Positions 17,425 through 25,436 of a DNA stretch of 54,845 nucleotides are shown here, piece by piece (within the stretch, counting starts at the first letter, position 1; each line of letters begins with the position of its first letter). The notes beneath the pieces were generated by a model. That model did not search any database. It was not told where the DNA came from and worked only from the letters and a program-made list of their open reading frames with translations. Source of the stretch: a virus (lineage: Duplodnaviria; Caudoviricetes). The stretch spans positions 1 to 54,845 of IMG/VR virus record IMGVR_UViG_3300048848_000077; one strand, given 5' to 3'. The position numbers and the translations under genes were made by a program.

Positions 17425-17727
17425 TTGAGACAGACCAAATTCACCAAGGCCGCTCGCGGTCGCGATTGCCAGATCCGCGTGCCAGGCGTGTGCAACGGAA
17501 ACCCCGAAACTACGGTGCTGGCGCATTTGCGCATGGCCGGCACTCGCTGCGGCACCGGGCTGAAGCCGCACGACTTACAGGCGGCCTGGGCGTGCTCGGC
17601 TTGCCACGACGCCGTTGATGCGCGCCGCAATACCGAGTTCAGCCGTGAACAGCTCCGCACGATGCACATGGAGGGCATGGTCCGGACCATAGATATTCTG
17701 GTCAGCGAAGGGAAGGTGGCCGCATGA
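17425..17727 (+). CDS. DUF1364 family Zn-binding nuclease-like protein
   Basis: ARGRDCQIRVPGVCNGNPETTVLAH...ACSACHD. Confidence 0.85.
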   Translation: MRQTKFTKAARGRDCQIRVPGVCNGNPETTVLAHLRMAGTRCGTGLKPHDLQAAWACSACHDAVDARRNTEFSREQLRTMHMEGMVRTIDILVSEGKVAA

Positions 17728-17812
17728 ACTGGTCTCAACTCAAAACGCTGCTGAACACTGCCAAGGTGCTGCATGACGGACGCGGCGGGTATTCGTTTTC
17801 GGGAGGGGCGCG

Positions 17813-17980
17813 ATGAGTCGGACCAAAATCGCTGTAGTTCTCTGCCTCCTCTACGCCGTGATCGGTGTGATGGTCGACGGCTCAATGAGGCCAATGTTAA
17901 TTCTCGCGGTTGTCACGTGCGGGCCATTGGCTCTGCATTACCTGACCAACCAGACCGACAAGGATCACTTCCGTGGCTGA
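17813..17980 (+). CDS. Small 2-TM protein (55 aa), not in the ORF track
   Basis: GGAGG RBS; MSRTKIAVVLCLLYAVIGVMV...LILAVVTCGPLAL. Confidence 0.45.
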   Translation: MSRTKIAVVLCLLYAVIGVMVDGSMRPMLILAVVTCGPLALHYLTNQTDKDHFRG

Positions 17981-18338
17981 AGCGCTGATTCTTCCATGGC
18001 CGCCGAAGGTGCTGAGCCCAAATGCTCGTACGCACTGGGCCACGAAAAGCAAGGCCGCTAAGGCCTACCGCGCTGCCTGCTTCCTGCTGTGTCTGAAAGC
18101 GGCCCTGCCTGTTCCCACCGGCCGCGCGCTGCTGTCCCTCGAGTTCGTCCCGCCTGATCGTCGCCGCCGGGACGATGACAATTGCATCGCCGCGTTCAAG
18201 TCCGGGCGTGACGGCGTGGCGCAGGCTCTGGGCATCGACGACAGCAGGTTCGTCACCCAGCTGCAGATCAGTGAAGAGACGATCAAGGGCGGCGCGGTGC
18301 GCGTGCGGATTACGGACTACATCGAGACATCCGCATGA
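17973..18338 (+). CDS. RusA-like Holliday junction resolvase
   Basis: LPWPP..LSPN; PPDRRRRDDDN; GIDDSRF. Confidence 0.85.
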   Translation: MAEALILPWPPKVLSPNARTHWATKSKAAKAYRAACFLLCLKAALPVPTGRALLSLEFVPPDRRRRDDDNCIAAFKSGRDGVAQALGIDDSRFVTQLQISEETIKGGAVRVRITDYIETSA

Positions 18339-19633
18339 GCAAGACACGCGCCGTGAAGCTGAGCGATGCAGAGATCCGCCGGCAGTCGGCCGACGTCGCC
18401 GTGCACGACCTGCGCGACCCTCGTCACCCGGGCCTGTACCTGCGCTTCGGCAAAGATCGGCAGCGCGGCTCCTGGTATCTGGTCAAGGGCAAGGCGTGGA
18501 AGCACCTGGCGCGCTGGCCCGAGCTGAGTGCGGCCGCCATCGTTGCGGAGTTGCCTGCTCTCCGTCAGCGCCTGCTTCACGATCCAGAAGCCGCCGTAGC
18601 AGTGGGTCAGCTTGCGACCTGCGGACAGCTGATTGACTGGTACGGCGAGCGCATGAGCCTGGATCGCTCGCTGTCGGCAAAGCGCAAGGCCGGCGCCAAG
18701 TCAGCCATCAAGTGCCACCTGAAACCCAGGCTCGAGCACATTCCTCTGCGGGACCTGACCGCCGCCGTGTTGGACCGAGAGCTGATGTGGCCATGTCAGC
18801 AAGACCTGTCGCTTTCCTATGTGCACCAGTTGTTCGTGTTGCTGGTGGTCGCCTTCCTGCAGGCCTCCAAGCTGGGCCTGATCGATAAAAACCCAATGGC
18901 CGAAATGAAGTTCGTGGACTTCACGAAGGCTCGCATCATGCCCAAGGCTGCCCGGTTGCGCGGTGGTCACTTGGCGGAGGTGGTGCCCATGCTGGCTGGC
19001 CTGTTCGAGAGCCAGCCCGGCGAGGCCATGTTGGCGCTGATGATGCTGTGCCACGGGACCCGGGTCGGTGAAACCAGAATGGCGCGCTGGTCGGACATCT
19101 CCATCCCAGACGGCGAGTGGTTCATCCCGGCCGAGAACACCAAGACCCGGACCGAACATCGGGTTCCGTTGACCGCTCAGGCCAAAGCGCTGCTGACCCT
19201 GTACAGGGCCATCCAGCTGGCTCGTGGTTACGAGGGCATCTACCTGTTCCCGTCACGTCGCGGCCGTGTGCTGAGCGAAGGCCAGGCGAGCGCGGTGTTC
19301 ACCCGCATCGGCCAAGGCGAGTGGACCAGTCACGACCTGCGCAAGGTTGCCCGCACAGCGTGGACTGACCTCGGCATCGACGGGCACATCGGCGAGATGC
19401 TGCTCAACCACTCGCTGGGCAAGATCGCGAGCACATACATCAACACGCAGGCACGGGCACAGCGTCTGGCTGCGTTGGAGAAGTGGCACAACTGGTTAGA
19501 TGAGCGCGGCCTGAACTCCATTCACAACCTGACAGACACCCAATATGAAGATTCGCAAAACTCAGCGCAAGCCACGAACTGCGAGGGCTGCGAGCCTGTT
19601 TCCAACATTGTGAATGGCGAGGTTTCAAAATGA
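18335..19633 (+). CDS. Second tyrosine recombinase (integrase-like) in the nin-like region
   Basis: HGTRVGE (R), ENTKT (K), HDLRK, LNHS, STY; N-terminal arm-binding-like domain. Confidence 0.9.
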   Translation: MSKTRAVKLSDAEIRRQSADVAVHDLRDPRHPGLYLRFGKDRQRGSWYLVKGKAWKHLARWPELSAAAIVAELPALRQRLLHDPEAAVAVGQLATCGQLIDWYGERMSLDRSLSAKRKAGAKSAIKCHLKPRLEHIPLRDLTAAVLDRELMWPCQQDLSLSYVHQLFVLLVVAFLQASKLGLIDKNPMAEMKFVDFTKARIMPKAARLRGGHLAEVVPMLAGLFESQPGEAMLALMMLCHGTRVGETRMARWSDISIPDGEWFIPAENTKTRTEHRVPLTAQAKALLTLYRAIQLARGYEGIYLFPSRRGRVLSEGQASAVFTRIGQGEWTSHDLRKVARTAWTDLGIDGHIGEMLLNHSLGKIASTYINTQARAQRLAALEKWHNWLDERGLNSIHNLTDTQYEDSQNSAQATNCEGCEPVSNIVNGEVSK

Positions 19634-19836
19634 TGATTATGGTCGATCCCCGCCGAAAACTGGCAGTCCAGCCCTGCGATATCAGCTCGATGCAGATGGT
19701 GCAGGGCATCGGTGGTCGCTGGACCCTGGAGCTGCACATGACCTCTGGCAGGGAGATTGAGATACCGGCCAGCAGCGACCTCGGCCGCGTCGATCTGAAC
19801 CTGATCCACGCCCAGTTAATGGAGGCCAGCGAGTGA
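19630..19836 (+). CDS. Hypothetical protein
   Basis: ATGA-coupled 68-aa ORF. Confidence 0.55.
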   Translation: MMIMVDPRRKLAVQPCDISSMQMVQGIGGRWTLELHMTSGREIEIPASSDLGRVDLNLIHAQLMEASE

Positions 19837-20147
19837 AGAAGAGCCACGGCCCCGCCTTCCGCAAGGAATTGAAGCCGCTGATGGAGTGCGCAATCTGCCG
19901 CGGTGCCGGCAGCACCAAGGGCGTTTTCTTTGAAATCGATTGTGCCGCCTGCAATGCCTCCGGCTGGGTCGACCAGTCGACGGGTGACGCGCTGCCGCTG
20001 GAAGACTTGGTGACGCAACTGAACATGAAGCTGCGCAATATGGCCGCCGAGCTCAACCGGGCACGGCACAGCCAGGGCGGGGCCCACGAACAATACGAAC
20101 AGAACAACCGCCGCGGTGCAGGCGGCTCGAACTACACAGGGGATTGA
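19833..20147 (+). CDS. Zn-finger (CxxCxGxG) protein
   Basis: CAICRGAG...CAACNASG. Confidence 0.7.
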   Translation: MKKSHGPAFRKELKPLMECAICRGAGSTKGVFFEIDCAACNASGWVDQSTGDALPLEDLVTQLNMKLRNMAAELNRARHSQGGAHEQYEQNNRRGAGGSNYTGD

Positions 20148-20150
20148 TCG

Positions 20151-20714
20151 ATGGGGATGTACAAAGATGTGATGAGTACCCTGGTGCGTGTGCTGGCCGC
20201 CGACAACATCGACAACAGCACCAAGCAGTCGTGGCAGAAGTTGATCGACGCCGATCTGCGGCAGGGCGGCACCGGCAGCACGCTCTCTGTGCGCGACAAG
20301 TTCGATTACGACTGCTGCTTATACGCGCTGCTGCACCGCCAGTTAGAGCCTGCACACTGGGACGTGCTGGTTGCCAAGTACTCCACACACAAGGCGAACA
20401 AGGTGGCAGCCATCGGCCGGCTGGTCAGCCGCACCGCTTCACCGGCGCCGCAGTTGTTCATCTATAAGGCGCTCACGGCCTGGGCGATTCCTAAACTCAA
20501 GGGGATACAGAGCGGCAAGCGTTCCACCGACATGATCGTGCTGCCCGCTGAGTTCTACGACATGAACACATGGGACGTGGATGCCTCCCCTGAGCGCACC
20601 CGCCGCAACTGGAGAGCAGGTATTCATAAGCGTCTTGAGCAACTGGAAGAAGCAGCCGTCATTCACGCGACGCACATCTTTGACGCCGAACAAATCTTCA
20701 TCGATGCCGCTTGA
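20151..20714 (+). CDS. Probable late-gene antiterminator (Q analogue)
   Basis: Last early-right gene, followed by a promoter and terminator; C-terminal ERTRRNWR HTH-like. Confidence 0.65.
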   Translation: MGMYKDVMSTLVRVLAADNIDNSTKQSWQKLIDADLRQGGTGSTLSVRDKFDYDCCLYALLHRQLEPAHWDVLVAKYSTHKANKVAAIGRLVSRTASPAPQLFIYKALTAWAIPKLKGIQSGKRSTDMIVLPAEFYDMNTWDVDASPERTRRNWRAGIHKRLEQLEEAAVIHATHIFDAEQIFIDAA

Positions 20715-20740
20715 CCATGATGGCCGTTTGGCCGTAAATT
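20711..20740 (+). promoter_or_regulatory. Putative late promoter pR'
   Basis: TTGACC-18-TAAATT immediately after the Q-like gene. Confidence 0.55.
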
Positions 20741-20798
20741 AACCCCATCATGTCGATCTTGCGTGTGGCGGTGATACGCGGTTACAAACAAGCATACT

Positions 20799-20826
20799 AA
20801 GCCCGGCCAATGCGCCGGGTTTTTTA
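20799..20826 (+). terminator. tR'-like terminator
   Basis: GCCCGGC-CAATGC-GCCGGGT-TTTTTT. Confidence 0.75.
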
Positions 20827-20850
20827 CGACTTACGCTAATGGACTACCTG

Positions 20851-21246
20851 ATGAATGCCCGACGGATTATCGCTGTAGTTGCATTTCTCACTGCGCTGAG
20901 CGGATGCCACAAAGAACCGCAAGTTTGTGACGCCCCGGACGTTCACCCTAGCTTGGTCCGAGGCATTGGTGTCCTCGAAGGGCCCGCAGCACCATTTTTC
21001 GCCGAGCTTAGGCTGGCGGATATCCAACTCGTTAAAGTCGACAAATCCACCGGCACATCCGATTGTCATGCCCGACTAATAATTCCGACCGATGCTGGCC
21101 CGTATGATCATCCGATTGACTATCGCGTTGGTCCATCAAATACCGGTCAGATGGTGTTCATGTATTACGTAATGAGCGACGATCTGATCAGGTTCGTGGA
21201 CGCAATTCAGGCTGGGGCATTGCGCCGCGGTTCTCCAAAAGGCTGA
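20851..21246 (+). CDS. Lipoprotein moron
   Basis: Signal peptide MNARRIIAVVAFLTALSG-C lipobox. Confidence 0.65.
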   Translation: MNARRIIAVVAFLTALSGCHKEPQVCDAPDVHPSLVRGIGVLEGPAAPFFAELRLADIQLVKVDKSTGTSDCHARLIIPTDAGPYDHPIDYRVGPSNTGQMVFMYYVMSDDLIRFVDAIQAGALRRGSPKG

Positions 21247-21395
21247 GGTGTCTGGTGCCAGGTATGATCTGGTTTATAGGCACACGCCGATCACATTTGC
21301 TCAGCTGCAACTTTAAACAGGTGATAATGGGTTTTTACACATCTGCCGCTTATGCAGTAGTCTTCTAGATCTTTTCAGAAAGGGATTTTCGATTT

Positions 21396-21698
21396 ATGAA
21401 CTATTCAGATGCTTACGATGCTATAGCGGGAAGCTTGCGTAGCTGGAATTTCGTGAAGACAGCTGAAACCAGCGGAGGCTTTGATCTTCTTTATAGTTTA
21501 GGCGCCGGCAGCTACGATTGCTCAGAGCCCGATCAGATGAAGGCCAAGCCGTTGGATGTTGGTAGCTTTCACGGGACTGTCCACGTGAACGCCAATAACT
21601 ACAGAGTGAGTCAGCAGGACGTGGCTGATGCGCTTGCTACGATGAAGGCTCAGCTTGTTAACGGTGGGCAGTTTCAACGAATCGATTGTTTGTTCTAA
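21396..21698 (+). CDS. Hypothetical moron (100 aa)
   Basis: AT-rich leader; own terminator at ~21752-21774. Confidence 0.6.
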   Translation: MNYSDAYDAIAGSLRSWNFVKTAETSGGFDLLYSLGAGSYDCSEPDQMKAKPLDVGSFHGTVHVNANNYRVSQQDVADALATMKAQLVNGGQFQRIDCLF

Positions 21699-22032
21699 GG
21701 CTAGACGGTGCGACCCATCTAAGGAACCTAACTCTCCAAGTCGATTTTCAGGCCCCGCCAAGTGCGGGGTTTTCTATTGCTGGAGTTGCGTATAACTCCA
21801 CCTTGAGATATTCAGCTGGCTCGCATGGTGCTTCCTCTGCTACTGGCCGAGCCTGATCGTCTGCGTTGCTCCGACGGTAGTGCACAAGGCGTGCGTGGAT
21901 TCACAGATTCGATCCTGCCAGCGCCGATATCTGGCTGGCATGACGTCGCGGTCGTAGCGCTCGTTGCCATCTGCTTATGGGTGGTCGTCTGCGCGATCCG
22001 CAACGGCTACGGCGTGGGCTAGTTTTGTGTTG

Positions 22033-22213
22033 ACCGTAGCCAGGGTGGCCCTACGGGGAGGCCTGGACACGGTATTGCCGGCCAGTCACCTGTTACGAAA
22101 GAACACCGGCAGCTGATGCGCCCTTTACCACTGATTGACGGGACGCCATCGGCGGACACGCGTGGAGAGACACGCATCAAATATCGAGCCTCGGCATATG
22201 CCGGGGCTTTTCT
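22033..22213 (+). ncRNA. Candidate structured RNA upstream of the holin
   Basis: Four consecutive hairpins incl. a cUACGg loop and GAAA/GAGA-containing loops, ending in a terminator. Confidence 0.45.
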
Positions 22214-22312
22214 TGTTTTCGGCCCCGCCACACCCATCGCTCCGAGCTGGGAGTGCTGCGGGGCTGATTCATTTTCCGATCCCGAAAGGGTGGATGTCGG
22301 ACTACGACGAAC

Positions 22313-22630
22313 ATGCCTGAAAAATCACCTGACTTCTGGGCGCAGGTCTGGCTCGTCCTGTCGAATCCGCTCTGGCAAGGAGCGATCATGGCCGCAACTA
22401 TCTCCCTACTGCGCGTGCTCTATGAAGGCAAAGAAGCCAACAAGTGGCGCGTGGTGCTTGAGGCATTGATCTGTGGTGCCTTGAGTCTGTCAGCCAGCAG
22501 CGTGATCGAATGGATGGCCTGGCCGTCGAGTCTGTCCGTCGCCGCCGGCGGCACCATCGGGTTCATCGGCGTTACGGCGATCCGCGAGCTGATCATCAGG
22601 TTCCTCGGACGTAAGGCAGACTCACTATGA
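22313..22630 (+). CDS. Holin, lambda family
   Basis: MPEKSP...3 TM...GGTIGFIGV...RELI. Confidence 0.9.
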   Translation: MPEKSPDFWAQVWLVLSNPLWQGAIMAATISLLRVLYEGKEANKWRVVLEALICGALSLSASSVIEWMAWPSSLSVAAGGTIGFIGVTAIRELIIRFLGRKADSL

Positions 22631-23013
22631 AAGCGATTGCCACGGCCTTGATCATCGGGCTTGTCGGTCTGCTGCTCGTATGCATTCAGCAGTATCGAGT
22701 GGTCGCGCTGCGGGGCGACATTGCTATTGAGACCGAAGCCAAGCAGAAAGCGATTGCCGCGAATACCGAGAGCCTCGCCACCATCACCACGCTACGCGCA
22801 GAAGCGCAGCGCAACGCTGACTACACCGCCGACCTGAACAAACGCATCAAGGCCAGCGAAGACAAGGCCAAGAAGGCGAGGAAGGAATTCGATGACCTCA
22901 AGCGCAACAGCAAACCTGTTCGTGATTGGGCTGCTCAGCCTTTGCCTGACGGCCTGCGGGGCAAAGCCGCAAGTGGTAACAAAGACAACAGCCATAAGGC
23001 TAGAAGCCCCTGA
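22627..23013 (+). CDS. Rz-like i-spanin
   Basis: N-terminal TM, coiled coil, WAAQPLPD C-terminal motif. Confidence 0.8.
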   Translation: MKAIATALIIGLVGLLLVCIQQYRVVALRGDIAIETEAKQKAIAANTESLATITTLRAEAQRNADYTADLNKRIKASEDKAKKARKEFDDLKRNSKPVRDWAAQPLPDGLRGKAASGNKDNSHKARSP

Positions 23014-23161
23014 GCTGATCCCCTGCGAGCGGGTCGACGCAGACGATACCGATCTGCGTGACAACGGCGACGTGTGGGAACTGAAAGATCAGGCCATCAA
23101 GCTGCTCGATACGTGCGCTGACCAGGTCGATGCGCAGATCTTGCGCAGCCAAAGTAAGTAG
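22892..23161 (+). CDS. Rz1-like o-spanin lipoprotein
   Basis: LSLCLTAC lipobox; overlaps the i-spanin 3' end in another frame. Confidence 0.75.
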   Translation: MTSSATANLFVIGLLSLCLTACGAKPQVVTKTTAIRLEAPELIPCERVDADDTDLRDNGDVWELKDQAIKLLDTCADQVDAQILRSQSK

Positions 23162-23202
23162 CATTTCAATTTGATGCGTCACATCCGGCGCGAGGACTTT
23201 AG

Positions 23203-23562
23203 ATGAACGATCAAGCGATTGAGCAAGAGATTCAAGACAAAGGTCTGACCGCTCCACGCATCACGCCAGGCGACGTCGAGCGCAACATCCGAAGCGAGTT
23301 CTACTTTACCGCTGGTGAAGGTGTGCTGAGTCAAAGCGCTATGGGCACCAAGCCAGCAGGCAACGCCGACAGCTTGAACCGCCTCACCTTCTGCGTGTTG
23401 GTGTTGGCGAATGGCTTCACTGTGACTGGTGAAAGCGCTTGCGTTACCAAGGCGAACTTCGACGCTGAGATCGGCAAGAAGGTAGCCCGCCAAAACGCCA
23501 TTACCAAGATCTGGCCCCTGATGGGCTATGAGCTTACCGAGCGCCTGCACTCCGCGCAGTGA
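23203..23562 (+). CDS. N4 Gp49 / Sf6 gp66 family protein (Acb4-like sponge candidate)
   Basis: LTAPRITP...LTFCVLVLANGFTVTGESACV...NFDAEIG...KIWPLMGY. Confidence 0.85.
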   Translation: MNDQAIEQEIQDKGLTAPRITPGDVERNIRSEFYFTAGEGVLSQSAMGTKPAGNADSLNRLTFCVLVLANGFTVTGESACVTKANFDAEIGKKVARQNAITKIWPLMGYELTERLHSAQ

Positions 23563-23687
23563 AGAAGTCCTGGTACGTCACAGTGTCGGGCTACCGTCCA
23601 TTCCCCATGATCATGCCGGACGACCACGACCATGCAGGTGCCTTGGCACTCGCGCGCTGCAAGTGGCCGACCTGCACCGTTGAGTAA
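23559..23687 (+). CDS. Small hypothetical protein (42 aa)
   Basis: GTGA overlap; MKKSWYVTVSGYRPFPMIM... Confidence 0.4.
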   Translation: MKKSWYVTVSGYRPFPMIMPDDHDHAGALALARCKWPTCTVE

Positions 23688-23692
23688 ATCCC

Positions 23693-24190
23693 ATGACCAA
23701 GGTAATCGACATCGTTGTAATCGGCACATCTGGTTCGGGTAAGTCCCATGTCCTGGATGTGTTGTCGAAGGCGCTGCAAAACGAATACGGCATGCACGCT
23801 CAGATCACGTCGCATGAGCTGTCATTGGAAAGGAATTTGGGCCACCAGCCCACCAAGCCTCGTATCGCCGAAACCATCTTCAACCTGCGAGAGGAGGGCG
23901 ACTGCGGTTTTCTTGAAGTCGGAACGCGCCGCACCCTCCCAAAGGTTGACCATGTTGAAGCGTCTCCCGCTATTCAGGGCGATGCGATGCGCTTCATGCT
24001 TGATCCACTTGAGCAAGCCATCGAGTCAACCGCTCAAGTGATGCGAGACGAGCTCGATCATATGTCCCAAACCAGTACGACCGTGAGCGGCAGCGTCCCA
24101 ACTACATCGCTGTATAAACGCATGAGTGACCACCTCGACGCGCTGCTTGCCGCACAACTGAAGCAGGTGACGGATCATGAAGCGCGCTGA
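23693..24190 (+). CDS. Hypothetical protein with N-terminal P-loop
   Basis: IVVIGTSGSGKS Walker A. Confidence 0.6.
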   Translation: MTKVIDIVVIGTSGSGKSHVLDVLSKALQNEYGMHAQITSHELSLERNLGHQPTKPRIAETIFNLREEGDCGFLEVGTRRTLPKVDHVEASPAIQGDAMRFMLDPLEQAIESTAQVMRDELDHMSQTSTTVSGSVPTTSLYKRMSDHLDALLAAQLKQVTDHEAR

Positions 24191-24395
24191 TCAATCCCAC
24201 CTCAGCTATCTGCTCTCGTCGCGCCCATTGATCATCAAGAAGAACGGTGCGTATGCCTGCGTACATGACGCGTACAGTGGTGAGGTGCTCGGCGGGCAAC
24301 TTCGAGTGCAGTTGATCCAAGAGCCGGACTCGATGGCTGTACTGCGTGTGGAGTTTTCGGTCGATGGCCAGATGGTTCGGCTAGATGGAGATTGA
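24177..24395 (+). CDS. Hypothetical protein
   Basis: 72-aa ORF overlapping the upstream gene. Confidence 0.5.
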   Translation: MKRADQSHLSYLLSSRPLIIKKNGAYACVHDAYSGEVLGGQLRVQLIQEPDSMAVLRVEFSVDGQMVRLDGD

Positions 24396-24437
24396 GCTTC
24401 CATTTCAATGTTTAAGCGTTGGCTAGAGTGATCAACC

Positions 24438-24758
24438 ATGTCTCGATTAACAACTCTACCGCTTCGAATGAAGCAGGCAGAGGGAAGGCAATACGCAGCG
24501 CCGGTAGCTTCTGAAGCTGAAGGTGGTTGGGGTTCTGGCCGCGGTGGTCGTCCATGGCGCCGCAAGCGGGAGGCAATCCTGCTTCGTGACAAGTACACCT
24601 GCAAAGCCTGCCAAATTGTGACCCTCGATCTGGAAGTGGACCACATCGTTAACATCGCCCGCGGCGGTACAGACGAGGAGGCGAACCTGCAGGCGCTATG
24701 TGTTCTTTGTCACAAGGCGAAAACGGCCGACGAGGCGGCTCAAGGCGGTGCCTGGTAA
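24438..24758 (+). CDS. HNH endonuclease (terminase cofactor)
   Basis: RDKYTCKAC...EVDHI...NLQALCVLCHKAKT; precedes cos/terS. Confidence 0.92.
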   Translation: MSRLTTLPLRMKQAEGRQYAAPVASEAEGGWGSGRGGRPWRRKREAILLRDKYTCKACQIVTLDLEVDHIVNIARGGTDEEANLQALCVLCHKAKTADEAAQGGAW

Positions 24759-24814
24759 GGGCACGCCGCCGGCGTGCTACAAAGCTGAGCCCGCACCGGT
24801 CTGGTGCGGCACGT

Positions 24815-24905
24815 CACTCCCCCGCCGGGTGGGGCGGGTCGAAACCGTACAGCCCTTGGCGCTGGACACCGCCCCCGACCGCACGCAGAGATTTTTTCCC
24901 CCTCA
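24815..24905. other. Probable cos region
   Basis: GC-rich intergenic segment between HNH and terS, as in HK97/D3-like cos phages; exact cut site not determined. Confidence 0.45.
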
Positions 24906-24920
24906 CAGGTTTTTTGTTAA

Positions 24921-25436
24921 ATGGCACTGACCCCGAAAAAGCAGGCATTCGTCGCTGCCAAGAGGGAAGGTGCGTCCAATAAAGATGCAGCGATAGCCGC
25001 AGGTTACGCGGCTTCCAGCGCTGCCCAAGCTGGCGCACGCCTGGCCAAAGATCAGTTCGTTATCGCTGCCTTGGCTGGCCCGACCGTTAACAAAAAAGTT
25101 AACAAATTTGTTAAAGGGGACGCGCCGCCGACACCGACGGGAACCGCCGCTTCGTCGACAGCAAATGCTGATGACGACTCCGGCGATGGGAGTTTCGACT
25201 TAGTGAAGGCCATGCGCTTTTCGGACCCCAAGGAGTTTCTGCTGGCCACGATGAACGACTTCGAGACCGACTCGAAATTGCGCGTCGATGCGGCTAAGGC
25301 CCTGATGCCATTTATTCATCCCCGCAAAGGCGAGGGCGGCAAGAAAGAGGAGAAAGAGAACGCTGCCAAGATCGCTGCCAAGGGCAGGTTTGGCGCCGCA
25401 CCTCCACCTCCCAGTCATCTGCGAGCGGTTAAATAA
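24921..25436 (+). CDS. Terminase small subunit
   Basis: LTPKKQAF...AAIAAGY; RVDAAKALMPF. Confidence 0.88.
   Translation: MALTPKKQAFVAAKREGASNKDAAIAAGYAASSAAQAGARLAKDQFVIAALAGPTVNKKVNKFVKGDAPPTPTGTAASSTANADDDSGDGSFDLVKAMRFSDPKEFLLATMNDFETDSKLRVDAAKALMPFIHPRKGEGGKKEEKENAAKIAAKGRFGAAPPPPSHLRAVK

Noticed and set aside
21825-22022. 65-aa ORF with a hydrophobic C-terminus before the structured RNA
   Set aside because: No convincing RBS; cannot distinguish from a spurious ORF
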